Positions 1-9,243 of a DNA stretch of 33,456 bases are shown piece after piece. The stretch comes from Prochloraceae cyanobacterium. Its GTDB lineage: Bacteria > Cyanobacteriota > Cyanobacteriia > Cyanobacteriales > JBFRWL01. A program made the translations under genes and the position numbers. How positions within the stretch are numbered: position 1 is the stretch's first letter; the number at the start of each line of letters is the position of its first letter. The stretch covers positions 1-33,456 of the forward strand of contig JBFRWL010000139.1 of NCBI GenBank assembly GCA_051439565.1, written 5' to 3'. The notes under the pieces were generated by a model that was given only the letters and a program-made list of their open reading frames with translations, was not told the origin of the DNA and did no database searches.

Positions 1-3000
1 GTACTAGCTGCTACCCAATGGCAAAGATTCCCTGCTGCAGGGCAATACGGGATTTTATGGACCTATACGCTGACTTTCTGGGGCATTGGTTTTTGGGCTT
101 TTAAACAGGAAAATTTACAATTAACTGCTCAAACGCTGCAAACTATCAGCTTGTTATTAATGCCGCTTAATTTTTGGGCGATCGATACTTTTAATTTATG
201 GCGGCATCCACTGGAATGGCTAGTAGTGGCGATCGCCTCAGTTAGTTTAAGCGCTATCTATCTCATACACAACATACAAAGACAAAGTTTATTCGTAATC
301 TTTAACTACTTAGGACTGTGTTATCTCCACTGGGGTTGGAGATTTTCAGATTTACCTCTAGTCGCTGTATATATAGGTGCGATCCCCACTACGATTGCTA
401 TCTGTTTTCTAGAGAAGAGATATTCCAGAGAATCTCTATACGGAAACCAGAAGCAGCGAAAAACAGGTAAAGCTTTGGTAGTATTCGCCTTTGCTGTCTT
501 ATTAGTACGGGCAATTTTTGTCGTCCACCTACCGATACAACAATTAGGGTTAGCCGTTGGCATTTGTGGCTGGTTGTTGACACAGGAGGGAAGGAGAGAG
601 GGGGGAGACAAGGGAGACAAGGAAGATATAGTTGCTTCCCCATCCTCCTCATCTTCAGAAACTTCTCGTCCTCCCACACTCCCCACACTCCCGACTTCCT
701 CATCATCCTCTCCTTTAGAAATAATTGGCGGAATTTTACTGTTTCTGGGTTGGTTGGTGTCAGTAACGGAGAAGTTTCCTTGGCAAGCAACGGCTGTGAG
801 TGGACTAGCTTTACATTTTTGCAGTCAACGGTTGCGGCGTTATTGGTTGCGTAGAGATTTATTCGCTATCTTTGTCATTGGCTTGCAGGGAATTTTATTA
901 GTTGTGGAGTTGATCCCCGTTCAATTAAGACAAACAGCGATCGGTGTTTGGATTCAAATTGCCGACGCAGGGGCTTTTCCTGATTCTATATTTAGTATTA
1001 CTCTATTTCCCTACGTTATTTTCTTAGTTGGTTTGACAGATTGGTTATACCGCCGAGAAAAACCCAAGCTGGCTATTTTTGGGGAACAACTGGCACTGTT
1101 ACTAGGCGCAATATTGACACTAATTAGTTGGTACAATCCGACAGCGCGATCGCTCAATCTGTTCCTTTCTACCATTACTCTCGCCTATGTCAGCGATCGC
1201 CGCACTCCCACAAGCATTTTTCTCGTTTATTTCACTCACAGCACCGGATTAGCAGCGATTGCCGCTACTATTGATTGGTGGTTTCCTTCTCTAACTCAGG
1301 AAATCTGGGCAACTATTTTACTAGTGTTGATGGTAGCCGAATGGACGATCAGTACCCTGGAAACATCTTCTAACTACCAACAAATTTGGTATCGCAGTGG
1401 CTGGCACCTCGGTTTTGTTTTAGCATCTGTAAGTTACTTCTTATTATTAGATCCTGTTATTAATCAGAATCAGCAATGGGGTTTATTGTGGCTACTAACT
1501 CCTCTAACGCTAACAGTAGTTGCCAGTCGTAGAGAAGAAAGAAGGCGGATAAATGCGGTCTGGTTTAGTTGTGCTGCTTTGGTAGCGGCACAGTTTTTAA
1601 CCTTTTGGCAACCTGGGGTGAGATTAGTGGGTTTGAGTTTCGCTACTGGGTTGATGTTAGTCAATACCCGTTACGTCAGGGAAACAGTATTAGCGATAAT
1701 TAATCTTGGTTTTGCCCTTGGTTTCGTCGCTGGGTTACTTTGGGGGCAAATATCAGGACCAGATTTGTTTTTAGTCGGCGCGATCGCGATCGTAATTTTA
1801 TGGTTGTTAGCAACTTGGCTGCAGCAATACCCTGGTACTTTTGCCGCTTTATATGCCGAAGCATCTGATGGCTGGGCAATCTTCCTCTGTGTAGTGGAGT
1901 TGACGATCCTTACTTTCCACTACTTGAAAACTGATTTTCTCGCAATCTCTCCTGCCTGGCAATATCTAACAGCGCCTACCTTAATTGGGGGGACAATTAT
2001 TTATCGTTATTGGCGACAGCCTGACAATTTAACAGTATATGGAGTTGGTTGGGCAATAGAAACTTGTCTTGCTGAAGGAATTCTGTTGTTTGGCGGTTCT
2101 AATTTGGAAATAGCCACTGCTAATATAGTTTTGGCATTGTTGAGTCTCTTGCTAACTAATTGGTGGCGATCGAAAAGGTCTAGTTTAGCGAGATTAAGCA
2201 GTCTGAAACAATTACCCTTAATCTATGCTTTAATTGGCATAGCCTGGAGGTGGCAGTACTTTACAGCTTACACGGGATGGCTTACTCTTGGTGCCGCTAT
2301 TACTTGTATTGCTGTCGGTAGTCGCTATAGACGGGAGAAAATAATTACTTATCTTTCTCTTGTTGGTATTTCTCTAGGTTGTTACGAACTTGTTATCTAT
2401 CAGATGTTACAGTCATCGGGGGGAAGTCCTGCTGATGGCTTGACAATTTTAGCAGTTGTAGCAGCAGCGATCGCCCTTGCTTATAGTTTCTTTGTTAGCT
2501 GGTGGCGATCGCGGGGTCGAGATACTTTCTTGAACCTTAGTATTGCAGAAATCAAAATTACTGCCCACATTCACTGGGCGATCAGCAGTATTCTCAAGGT
2601 TATAACTGCGGCAATTGCCCTAGAAAGTACTCCACAACTGACCCCTATTAGTATTGCCGTCAGTCTAATTTTAGCTGCTTATGCCTTAATACAAGGACGA
2701 GATGCAGATACCGAGGCAAAAGGGACTGCTTCTGACTGGTGGGTGTATGCGGGAATTGTCGAAATATTTGCCACAACTTTATACGCGCGTCTAATTTGGA
2801 CGGAGTTAAGCATACTCGATCCTTGGAGAGTAATTCTCGTTTCTCTTGTTGCCCTTTTTATCTATCAAATACCTTGGAGAAGTTGGGGATGGCAACCAAC
2901 GCCTTGGCAACGTGCTAGTTTAGTAATTCCTGCTTTGACTGCGCTAATTAATGCTGAAGATATTTCCTATCTTAGTTTACTGGTAGTTGCTGCTTTTTAC

Positions 3001-3540
3001 GCTCGCATAGCTATTAAACAAAGGAACATCCGTTGGAGTTATCTGAGTTTGGGATTTGTCGATGGCGCGATCGTCCGGTTTCTTTCTGAACAAGGCTTGA
3101 CAGATATTCTCTGGTATGCTCTTATTTTAGGCTTATCTTTACTCTACATTGCCCAATTCGATCCCAGTTTAATTAAACCCGCACAAAAGCAACAGCGTCA
3201 TTATCTACGTATTTTGGCTGTGGGAATTATCTGCTTAGTAGCTTTAAGTTTTCATCAAGATACAGGTGGAATTATTCCTAGCATAATTAGTTTGGTGACA
3301 ATTTTTGCCGGCTTGGGTTTGCGAATTAGAGCTTTTCTCTTTGTCGGTACTGTTACCTTTATTCTGACTATTTTTTATCAATTAGTAGTTTTAATTTTTA
3401 CCTACTCTTTTTTAAAGTGGGTAATTGGTTTAATTGCTGGAATTGTTATGATTAGCATTGCTGCTAATTTTGAAAAACGAAGCGAGCAAATAATTACTAT
3501 TTTACAAAATTGGTTTGAAAAGTTAGGAGAATGGCAGTAA
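1..3540 (+). CDS. Very large polytopic integral membrane protein, function unknown (5' end runs off the window)
   Basis: Frame 1 is open from base 1 (VLAATQWQRFPAAGQYGILW...) into the listed 151..3540 ORF, so the real start is upstream of the window. It has dozens of helix-length hydrophobic W/L/I/A-rich segments and in-frame HIP1 sites. I recognise no catalytic motif. Confidence 0.75.
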   Translation, partial: VLAATQWQRFPAAGQYGILWTYTLTFWGIGFWAFKQENLQLTAQTLQTISLLLMPLNFWAIDTFNLWRHPLEWLVVAIASVSLSAIYLIHNIQRQSLFVIFNYLGLCYLHWGWRFSDLPLVAVYIGAIPTTIAICFLEKRYSRESLYGNQKQRKTGKALVVFAFAVLLVRAIFVVHLPIQQLGLAVGICGWLLTQEGRREGGDKGDKEDIVASPSSSSSETSRPPTLPTLPTSSSSSPLEIIGGILLFLGWLVSVTEKFPWQATAVSGLALHFCSQRLRRYWLRRDLFAIFVIGLQGILLVVELIPVQLRQTAIGVWIQIADAGAFPDSIFSITLFPYVIFLVGLTDWLYRREKPKLAIFGEQLALLLGAILTLISWYNPTARSLNLFLSTITLAYVSDRRTPTSIFLVYFTHSTGLAAIAATIDWWFPSLTQEIWATILLVLMVAEWTISTLETSSNYQQIWYRSGWHLGFVLASVSYFLLLDPVINQNQQWGLLWLLTPLTLTVVASRREERRRINAVWFSCAALVAAQFLTFWQPGVRLVGLSFATGLMLVNTRYVRETVLAIINLGFALGFVAGLLWGQISGPDLFLVGAIAIVILWLLATWLQQYPGTFAALYAEASDGWAIFLCVVELTILTFHYLKTDFLAISPAWQYLTAPTLIGGTIIYRYWRQPDNLTVYGVGWAIETCLAEGILLFGGSNLEIATANIVLALLSLLLTNWWRSKRSSLARLSSLKQLPLIYALIGIAWRWQYFTAYTGWLTLGAAITCIAVGSRYRREKIITYLSLVGISLGCYELVIYQMLQSSGGSPADGLTILAVVAAAIALAYSFFVSWWRSRGRDTFLNLSIAEIKITAHIHWAISSILKVITAAIALESTPQLTPISIAVSLILAAYALIQGRDADTEAKGTASDWWVYAGIVEIFATTLYARLIWTELSILDPWRVILVSLVALFIYQIPWRSWGWQPTPWQRASLVIPALTALINAEDISYLSLLVVAAFYARIAIKQRNIRWSYLSLGFVDGAIVRFLSEQGLTDILWYALILGLSLLYIAQFDPSLIKPAQKQQRHYLRILAVGIICLVALSFHQDTGGIIPSIISLVTIFAGLGLRIRAFLFVGTVTFILTIFYQLVVLIFTYSFLKWVIGLIAGIVMISIAANFEKRSEQIITILQNWFEKLGEWQ
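584..716 (+). repeat. Repeat-derived purine-arm/pyrimidine-arm insertion translated in-frame inside the membrane-protein CDS
   Basis: A purine-rich arm (ggagggaaggagagaggggggagacaagggagacaaggaag) is followed by a small central hairpin (ggaag..cttcc) and a pyrimidine-rich arm (cttccccatcctcctc...ctcccacactccccacactccc...cctctcc). It translates as QEGRREGGDKGDKEDIVASPSSSSSETSRPPTLPTLPTSSSSSPLE between two hydrophobic helices. Bases 602-620 are the exact reverse complement of 21378-21396. The reverse complement of 670-692 contains the 14-mer gggagtgtggggag also found at 19902-19915. Confidence 0.55.
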
Positions 3541-4011
3541 TTAGCGATCGAATTTGATATAATTAGTGTATTCAGTGACTACTGCTGTAGTGAGATTTCC
3601 GGTTGGCGATCTCACGAAGGAAGATAATGCTCGATCGCCTGCTGTGGTTATTGAGCACCTACCTGGTGGCATAATAGCTAAACTGACAGTATAGTTCACC
3701 ATAAAAGAAAGACATATTGTTGGTAAATTCTTCTAACCTCATAATCTCTTGACTTTTCTTAACGTTATTAAATAGGATAGGAGAAATACTATTTAGTTGT
3801 AGAAAAAACTAAGCGGTCTAAATCAAAAGCAAACCCAAATTCAGTTTAAGCATATTAGAGGGCTACACAGTACTCCCTAGTCAAAGATAAGCTTAAGTTA
3901 GAGGAAATTAACCTTTAAGAGCAAAGATTAAGGTAAAATCCGAAAATGCTTCCAGCTTTACCCTAATTTAAATATATTTTCAGCCAATGGAACTCTCAGT
4001 TTCTATCAATA

Positions 4012-5349
4012 ATGAAAACATCTGAGTCGAAACCAAATTATAAATTTGAAGATGTTTCCCCACTACCACAGCGCCAGAAAAAACTATGGCTGACCTTATC
4101 AGTTACTCTCCTACTCGCAGGAGGTACTTGTCTTTTGTGGTATCTACTAACCCCTAAAAACCCCTCACAAGTAGCTACAGAGGTTTCCCGTCCTCGTCCA
4201 GTAGAGACAGCAACCTTGAATAAAGGCGATGGAACCAGGCGAGTTATTCTCATTGGACAGGTAGAGGCTAGTAAAATTGCTACCATTCGCGCTCAGACAA
4301 CAGGTTTAGTTGAGCAAGTCTTAATCAGAGAAGGCGATCGCGTTACCAAAGGTATGACCATTGCCATTCTCGAAAATACCGACCAGCAATTAGCTCTCTC
4401 TCAAGCCAAGGCACGACTGGCAACCGAACGTAGCAAGCTAACTCGCCTAGAACTTGGTACCCGCAAAGAAATCATCCAACAGCGTCGCGCTGCTCTGAGT
4501 GCCGCCAAAGCTAGAGAAAAAGAAGCCCTCGACAACCTAGAACGAATTTCCAGTTTGGTAACGGAAGGAGCTTTATCACAGCGAAGCCTGGTAGAAGCAA
4601 GAGCAACTGTCGATACAGCTAAAGGAGAACGTTTAGAAGCTGCTGCTGCTCTTGCCGAGGCGATCGCCGGATCGCTCCCAGAAGATATAGCTGCTCAGAA
4701 AGCTGTAGTAGAAGCAGCTCAAGCAGCAGTCAAACAAGCCAAACTAGAATTCGATCGTACCCGCATCCAAGCCTTATCAGATGGCGTAGTCCAGTCTCGC
4801 TTAGCCACTCGGGGAGACTACCTCGAAGTTGCCGATCCAGTACTGACCTTAGTTGACAGCAGGCAACTAGATATCTTCTTAGAATTACCAGAAAAACTAA
4901 GCGGTCAAATAAGACCGGGGAAAACAGTAATACTTTCCTCTCGGAATCTACCCAACTGGCGAGATAGCGCCACCATAACCGGAGTAATTCCCAGTACTGA
5001 GGAGGGTTCTCGCCGACAGTTAGTGCGCATAAGTATAGATAACCCACCTGAAGAGTTAATCTCGGGAATGGCAGTTCGAGGGGAACTACAAATACCTCTT
5101 GCTTATGACAGCTTTATCATTTCTAGAGATGCTTTAGTCCGGCGAGGGAATAAGTGGTTAGTTTTCACCGTCACTAACGGTCAGGCTCAACAGATAGAGG
5201 TCAAACTAGTTGCAGATATAGGCAGTGAAGTAGCCATTGCTTCCGAGCAGTTGCAAATCGGTCAACAAGTAGTAGTGCAAGGCGGCGATGCTTTGAGTGA
5301 CGGCGCGTCAGTGAAAGCGAAGCAGCGCTATTTTGAACAAGACAATTAG
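4012..5349 (+). CDS. Efflux RND transporter periplasmic adaptor (HlyD/AcrA membrane-fusion family)
   Basis: It has a single N-terminal TM anchor (LWLTLSVTLLLAGGTCLLWYLL) and barrel/lipoyl-like segments flanking a long Ala/Glu/Arg/Gln coiled coil (ALSQAKARLATERSKL ... AAQAAVKQAKLEFDRTRI). It sits upstream of an RND pump gene on the same strand. Confidence 0.88.
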   Translation: MKTSESKPNYKFEDVSPLPQRQKKLWLTLSVTLLLAGGTCLLWYLLTPKNPSQVATEVSRPRPVETATLNKGDGTRRVILIGQVEASKIATIRAQTTGLVEQVLIREGDRVTKGMTIAILENTDQQLALSQAKARLATERSKLTRLELGTRKEIIQQRRAALSAAKAREKEALDNLERISSLVTEGALSQRSLVEARATVDTAKGERLEAAAALAEAIAGSLPEDIAAQKAVVEAAQAAVKQAKLEFDRTRIQALSDGVVQSRLATRGDYLEVADPVLTLVDSRQLDIFLELPEKLSGQIRPGKTVILSSRNLPNWRDSATITGVIPSTEEGSRRQLVRISIDNPPEELISGMAVRGELQIPLAYDSFIISRDALVRRGNKWLVFTVTNGQAQQIEVKLVADIGSEVAIASEQLQIGQQVVVQGGDALSDGASVKAKQRYFEQDN

Positions 5350-5354
5350 GTTGA

Positions 5355-5384
5355 AAAGGGCAGGAGGCAGAGGGCAGAAGGAAA
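5355..5384. repeat. Purine-rich GGCAGRRG-type dispersed motif, copy directly after the adaptor stop codon
   Basis: aaagggcaggaggcagagggcagaaggaaa closely resembles gaaggcaggaggcagatggcagagggtagaagg at 23902-23933, which also lies directly after a stop codon. Confidence 0.5.
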
Positions 5385-5445
5385 TTATCAAAAGGGGACT
5401 TACCCCCCCTGATAAAAAGCCACTGAATCTAGATTCAGTTGGGAA

Positions 5446-5519
5446 GAGTTAGGTATTTTATTAGAGTTAGCTGTTCCCTCTCTCAACTATTTTTTAATTA
5501 ATTTGATCGACCTACTTAT
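5446..5519. repeat. Short, degenerate copy of the MITE-like element seen at 21307-21451
   Basis: ctctctcaactattttttaattaatttgatcgacctacttat aligns at roughly 40/44 with cttctctcaatcattttctaattaatttgaccgacctacttat at 21408-21451. Both share gttagctgtt upstream. The left end (gagttaggta) is a degenerate version of ataagtaggt. Confidence 0.45.
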
Positions 5520-5904
5520 TTGTAGCAATAATCTAGTCAAATGATTTGACACTCTCCTTACTAAAGCAACGCTTCCCTAGGAGATTCTTAAGACATAAGA
5601 ATGCTTAAAGGGTTAACCAAAAACCCGCTACTCTCTCTCCCCTTTCTGGGTCTGAGCATACTTTTAAATTTAGATATCGTTAGCTATGTTTAACTGTTTT
5701 GTTTCGCTCAATCTGAAAGCTTTGCTGGTAAAGGCTAGGTCTAGAGTGCATGGCACCGAGATTGGGATTTCCCCGGCCTACCTTTTAACTAGAGCGTCCA
5801 ATTACCGGGAGTCTCACCCTCAATCCAAAAATTTCTGCGAGTGGTTAACTATTTGTAGTTAACCAGATTTCACTCACGGCTAAAGCCGTTCGACGATTGT
5901 TCCT

Positions 5905-5925
5905 CCGCGAGTGGAAACATCGCGG
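5905..5925 (+). terminator. GC-rich stem-loop followed by UUUCU, 20 nt upstream of the RND start (candidate terminator/attenuator)
   Basis: ccgcga-gtggaaaca-tcgcgg is a perfect 6-bp stem followed by tttctc. Two further perfect hairpins precede it: ggttaact-atttgt-agttaacc at 5843-5864 and acggc-taaa-gccgt at 5876-5889. Confidence 0.3.
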
Positions 5926-5945
5926 TTTCTCAAATACGTATCATC

Positions 5946-8900
5946 ATGAATATAATCGAGACTGCCGTTCGCTGGCGACATGGCACCTTTGTATTGTTTT
6001 GTATCTTGGCATTATTTGGTATTTTATCTCTCTTCCAATTGCCGCTAGAACTGCGACCAGGAGGCGAGCGACCAGAAATCACCATTACTACCTCTTATCT
6101 GGGTGCTTCTCCCGCTGAAGTGGAAGACTTAATTAGTCGTCCCATTGAAGAGAAACTTGAAGAAGTCAAAGGGGTAAAAGAGATTAAAAGTAGCAGTAGT
6201 TCTGGCAGAAGCAGTATTACCCTAGAATTCAACTGGGATACGGACATTAATCAGCGTCTAGTAGATGTCATTAATAAATTAGGTCAAGTAGAAGCCTTAC
6301 CTCCAGAAGCAGGGGAGTCCGACGTAGAAATTGTTAGCGATAGCAGTCGTCCGATGATCTGGGTAGCTCTCGTTCCGAAACCAGGTTATATTGCTGATGA
6401 CTATCACTATCGCGATTTAGTTGACGATATAATCGTTCCTCGTTTCCGACAAGTTCAAGGGGTAGCTCAATTTATAGTTTCTGGTGGTAGAGAAAGGGAA
6501 GTAGAGGTAGTTGTTGACCCCAAAGCTCTGGCTGATCGCAATCTTACCATCACAGACGTACTCAATACCCTGCGCAATAACAATCGGGATATTCGCGGCG
6601 GTCCCTTAGTTCTAGGACGGCGAGAATACCGAGTACGCACCGTCAGTCGCGCCACCGATGTTAAGCAACTAGAAGGGTTGGTTCTGCGCCGCGATCGCTC
6701 GGGAACTGTTTTCTTAGGGGATGTAGCCCAAGCGCGCATAGGTCGCAAGATTCAAGACCGCGCTCTCTTGCGTAACGACGAGCCAGCAGTTGCCATGGGT
6801 ATTATTCGACAGGTTGGTAGTAATGTTCCAGAAATTTCTCAAGGGATACGAGAAGCCTTAGTAGAATTAGAAGCCCGTTTCGATCGCCAAGGTGAAGGTG
6901 TTGCCTTTGATATTACCTATGACGAGAATGATTATATTAACCGCTCCATATCCTTCGTACAAACTAACTTAATTATTGGTGCGATTCTGGCAGCTACCAT
7001 TTTACTCTTATTTCTCGGTTCTCTGCGCACAGTAGCGGTCATTGCCATTACTATTCCCACTACTATAGTTACTGTATTTATTGTCTTCTTGTTGCTTGAT
7101 CGCAGCCTTAACGTTATTAGTCTGGCAGGGTTAGCTTTTGCCGTAGGCATGGTGGTAGACAACGCGATCGTGGTACTAGAAAACGTCTTTACCCACATGC
7201 AACGGGGAAAAACCACTCTACAAGCTGCCATTGACGGCACAGTTGAAGTTGGAGGCGCGATGTTGGCCTCTACCCTAACCACGGTAGCCGTATTTGCTCC
7301 CATTGTCTTAGTCACAGGAGAGCCAGGACAGCTATTTTTTGATATTGGCATTGCCCTCTCAGCAGCAGTAATTTTTTCTTTATTTGCTGCTATCACTCTG
7401 GTGCCGATGCTGTGCGGACTGTTTCTCAACCAGGCAGAAGCGCAGCAGGCACTTTGGCGAGGAGAGTACCGAGGTGGCAATTGGTTGGAGCAATCTGTGG
7501 CTAAGACTTCAGCACTTTTTCAACTTTTCCAAACTAAATTAGAGCAATTCTTGCTAGCTACAGTCAGTTGGTCTCTAGGTAGAGGAAAACTGGGTCGTCG
7601 TTTGATGGTGCTTGCCATTCCCCTAGGACTGCTCGTGGTTAGTTTTCAACTCCTCCCCCCTGTTGATTATTTACCAGAAGGAAACCGCAATCTAATTCTT
7701 TGGTTAGCTGAGCCTTTTCCGGGTACCAGCATTCCAGAAGCAATTAGGCTTTCAGCCGGACCAAGAAGCTTTATTAGAGAACAACCAGAAGTAAAACGAA
7801 CTTTGTATGTTCACAGAGGAGCATTTAAGGCGATCGCCGCTTTTCTTGACCCAGATGAAGCTACAGGTAGTAAGCTAGACAATCTAGTCAATAAAATGCG
7901 TGGGGTTAGCAAAGATTATCCAGGATATCGCTTTTTAGTCCCCATACGCATCCCGATTTTCCGCAATCCTGGCAAAGAGTTTGAGGTTCAACTTATTGGC
8001 AACGACCTCGATCGATTAAACCAACTGCAGCGACAACTCAGGGAAAAATTAAGTCTTCTCGAAGGCGTGCAGAACGTTCGTTCTAATTTCGTCACTGGTG
8101 CCCCAGAAATCCAAATTATCCCCAAGCGGGAACGTCTAGCAGAGGTAGGTCTATCGGAAGCAGAGATCGGGCAGATAGTAGAAGCTGCGCTGGGAGGTTT
8201 GAGAGGTTCCAAATTTATCGATCGTAGCCGAGAATTAGATGTTACGGTTAAGCTACAAAATACTTTTGTACAGACACCGGAAGACCTAAGGCAACTTGTT
8301 ATCTACGGCGGCAATGGCAAGCGGGTCCAATTAACAGACGTGGCAGAGGTGGTGGAAACTACCGGACCAGATACAATTAACCACGTGGATCTAGAGCGTT
8401 CCGTCACTTTAACTGTTAGGGTAGCGCGGGAGGCTGCTTTAGGGGCATTATTGGAGCAAACTAGGCAACAAATTCTCGAACCGCTAGAATCGACTTTACC
8501 TGCTGGTTTCCGGCTAGAATTAGCTGGCTCTGCGGACGTGTTATCTGAGACCTTGTTCCAGTTAGGAACGACTTTTGTACTCTCCTTAGTTATTACCTAC
8601 CTGCTATTGGTTGCTTTATACCGTTCTTTTAGCTACCCATTTCTGATTATGGCAACTGTACCGATGGGTATAAGTGGGGCGCTGTTGAGTTTGGTGATTG
8701 CTAATTCAATTCCTGGCGTAGTGGTACCGCTGGATATGATTACTAGCTTGGGATTCGTAATTTTGACTGGGGTGGTGGTTAATAATGCGATTCTGCTGGT
8801 AGACCGAGCTTTGCAGTTACAACAGGAAGGAAAGAGCTATGACGATTCTCTGTATAGTGCGGTGCGCGATCGCCTCCGTCCCATTTTTATGTCCGCTGGT

Positions 8901-9137
8901 ACCAGCGTCTTAGGAATTTTACCTCTAGCTCTAATACCAGGTCAAGGTGCTGAACTGTATCAAGGTCTTGGCATTACTTTGGCTGGAGGTTTGGCTTTAT
9001 CTACTATCCTGACACCAACTGTAATCCCAGCTTTGATGGGTTTACTGCGAGATTTCCACTCAAGGAAACCAAGAGCAAGAAAGGTAGATATTAACACGGC
9101 TAAAAGTAAATTGGATTCTACATTCACCGACACTTAA
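5946..9137 (+). CDS. RND efflux transporter permease (AcrB/AcrD/AcrF-CzcA superfamily)
   Basis: The 1063-aa protein has an N-terminal TM1 (FVLFCILALFGILSLFQLP), two large soluble loops, and the duplicated conserved TM blocks AFAVGMVVDNAIVVLENV and VILTGVVVNNAILLVDRA typical of RND pumps. Confidence 0.93.
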   Translation: MNIIETAVRWRHGTFVLFCILALFGILSLFQLPLELRPGGERPEITITTSYLGASPAEVEDLISRPIEEKLEEVKGVKEIKSSSSSGRSSITLEFNWDTDINQRLVDVINKLGQVEALPPEAGESDVEIVSDSSRPMIWVALVPKPGYIADDYHYRDLVDDIIVPRFRQVQGVAQFIVSGGREREVEVVVDPKALADRNLTITDVLNTLRNNNRDIRGGPLVLGRREYRVRTVSRATDVKQLEGLVLRRDRSGTVFLGDVAQARIGRKIQDRALLRNDEPAVAMGIIRQVGSNVPEISQGIREALVELEARFDRQGEGVAFDITYDENDYINRSISFVQTNLIIGAILAATILLLFLGSLRTVAVIAITIPTTIVTVFIVFLLLDRSLNVISLAGLAFAVGMVVDNAIVVLENVFTHMQRGKTTLQAAIDGTVEVGGAMLASTLTTVAVFAPIVLVTGEPGQLFFDIGIALSAAVIFSLFAAITLVPMLCGLFLNQAEAQQALWRGEYRGGNWLEQSVAKTSALFQLFQTKLEQFLLATVSWSLGRGKLGRRLMVLAIPLGLLVVSFQLLPPVDYLPEGNRNLILWLAEPFPGTSIPEAIRLSAGPRSFIREQPEVKRTLYVHRGAFKAIAAFLDPDEATGSKLDNLVNKMRGVSKDYPGYRFLVPIRIPIFRNPGKEFEVQLIGNDLDRLNQLQRQLREKLSLLEGVQNVRSNFVTGAPEIQIIPKRERLAEVGLSEAEIGQIVEAALGGLRGSKFIDRSRELDVTVKLQNTFVQTPEDLRQLVIYGGNGKRVQLTDVAEVVETTGPDTINHVDLERSVTLTVRVAREAALGALLEQTRQQILEPLESTLPAGFRLELAGSADVLSETLFQLGTTFVLSLVITYLLLVALYRSFSYPFLIMATVPMGISGALLSLVIANSIPGVVVPLDMITSLGFVILTGVVVNNAILLVDRALQLQQEGKSYDDSLYSAVRDRLRPIFMSAGTSVLGILPLALIPGQGAELYQGLGITLAGGLALSTILTPTVIPALMGLLRDFHSRKPRARKVDINTAKSKLDSTFTDT

Positions 9138-9243
9138 GTTTATAGCAATTGCAAAAAATACTGCTACACATCAATTATCCGAATCTATTGCCTCTTGCCT
9201 GTGGCTTTTCTTAACCGAAGTGTAGCAATCTTAAATGAAATAA

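Noticed and set aside
321-854. ORFs 321-686 (-), 398-790 (-) and 564-854 (+) overlapping the large membrane-protein gene.
   Set aside because: All three cross the purine/pyrimidine low-complexity insertion (584-716), which lacks stop codons in most frames. Their translations are compositionally biased nonsense, and the long frame-1 ORF explains the region.
3541-4011. Hairpin gtgagat-ttccggttggc-atctcac (about 3591-3615) and a 15-codon ORF (ATG at about 3627) downstream of the large membrane-protein gene.
   Set aside because: The hairpin lacks a U-tract, and the mini-ORF has only a marginal GGAAG 3 nt from the ATG. Neither is distinctive enough to report as a feature.
5905-5925. A CRISPR repeat-like ending (gtggaaac), with tandem hairpins suggesting a degenerate CRISPR array.
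   Set aside because: The window has no regularly spaced direct repeats of 28-37 nt anywhere. The three hairpins have different sequences, and there are no cas genes.
5897-6118. 73-aa ORF overlapping the RND pump start in another frame, considered as a possible leader peptide.
   Set aside because: It runs 170 nt into the pump CDS out of frame and has an implausible composition. The hairpin cluster explains the structure of the region better.
6467-8212. Three minus-strand ORFs (6467-6748, 6932-7480, 7988-8212) inside the RND pump gene, the longest 182 aa.
   Set aside because: They lie entirely antisense to a very confidently assigned, motif-rich CDS. Their translations are Arg/Ser/Pro/Thr-rich low-complexity sequence typical of shadow frames, and I see no start context or family resemblance.
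9138-9243. Possible bidirectional terminator between the convergent RND pump and FBP aldolase/phosphatase genes (tgctacac ... gtgtagca).
   Set aside because: The 8-bp arms are separated by about 50 nt with no U or A tracts. This is too weak to call.
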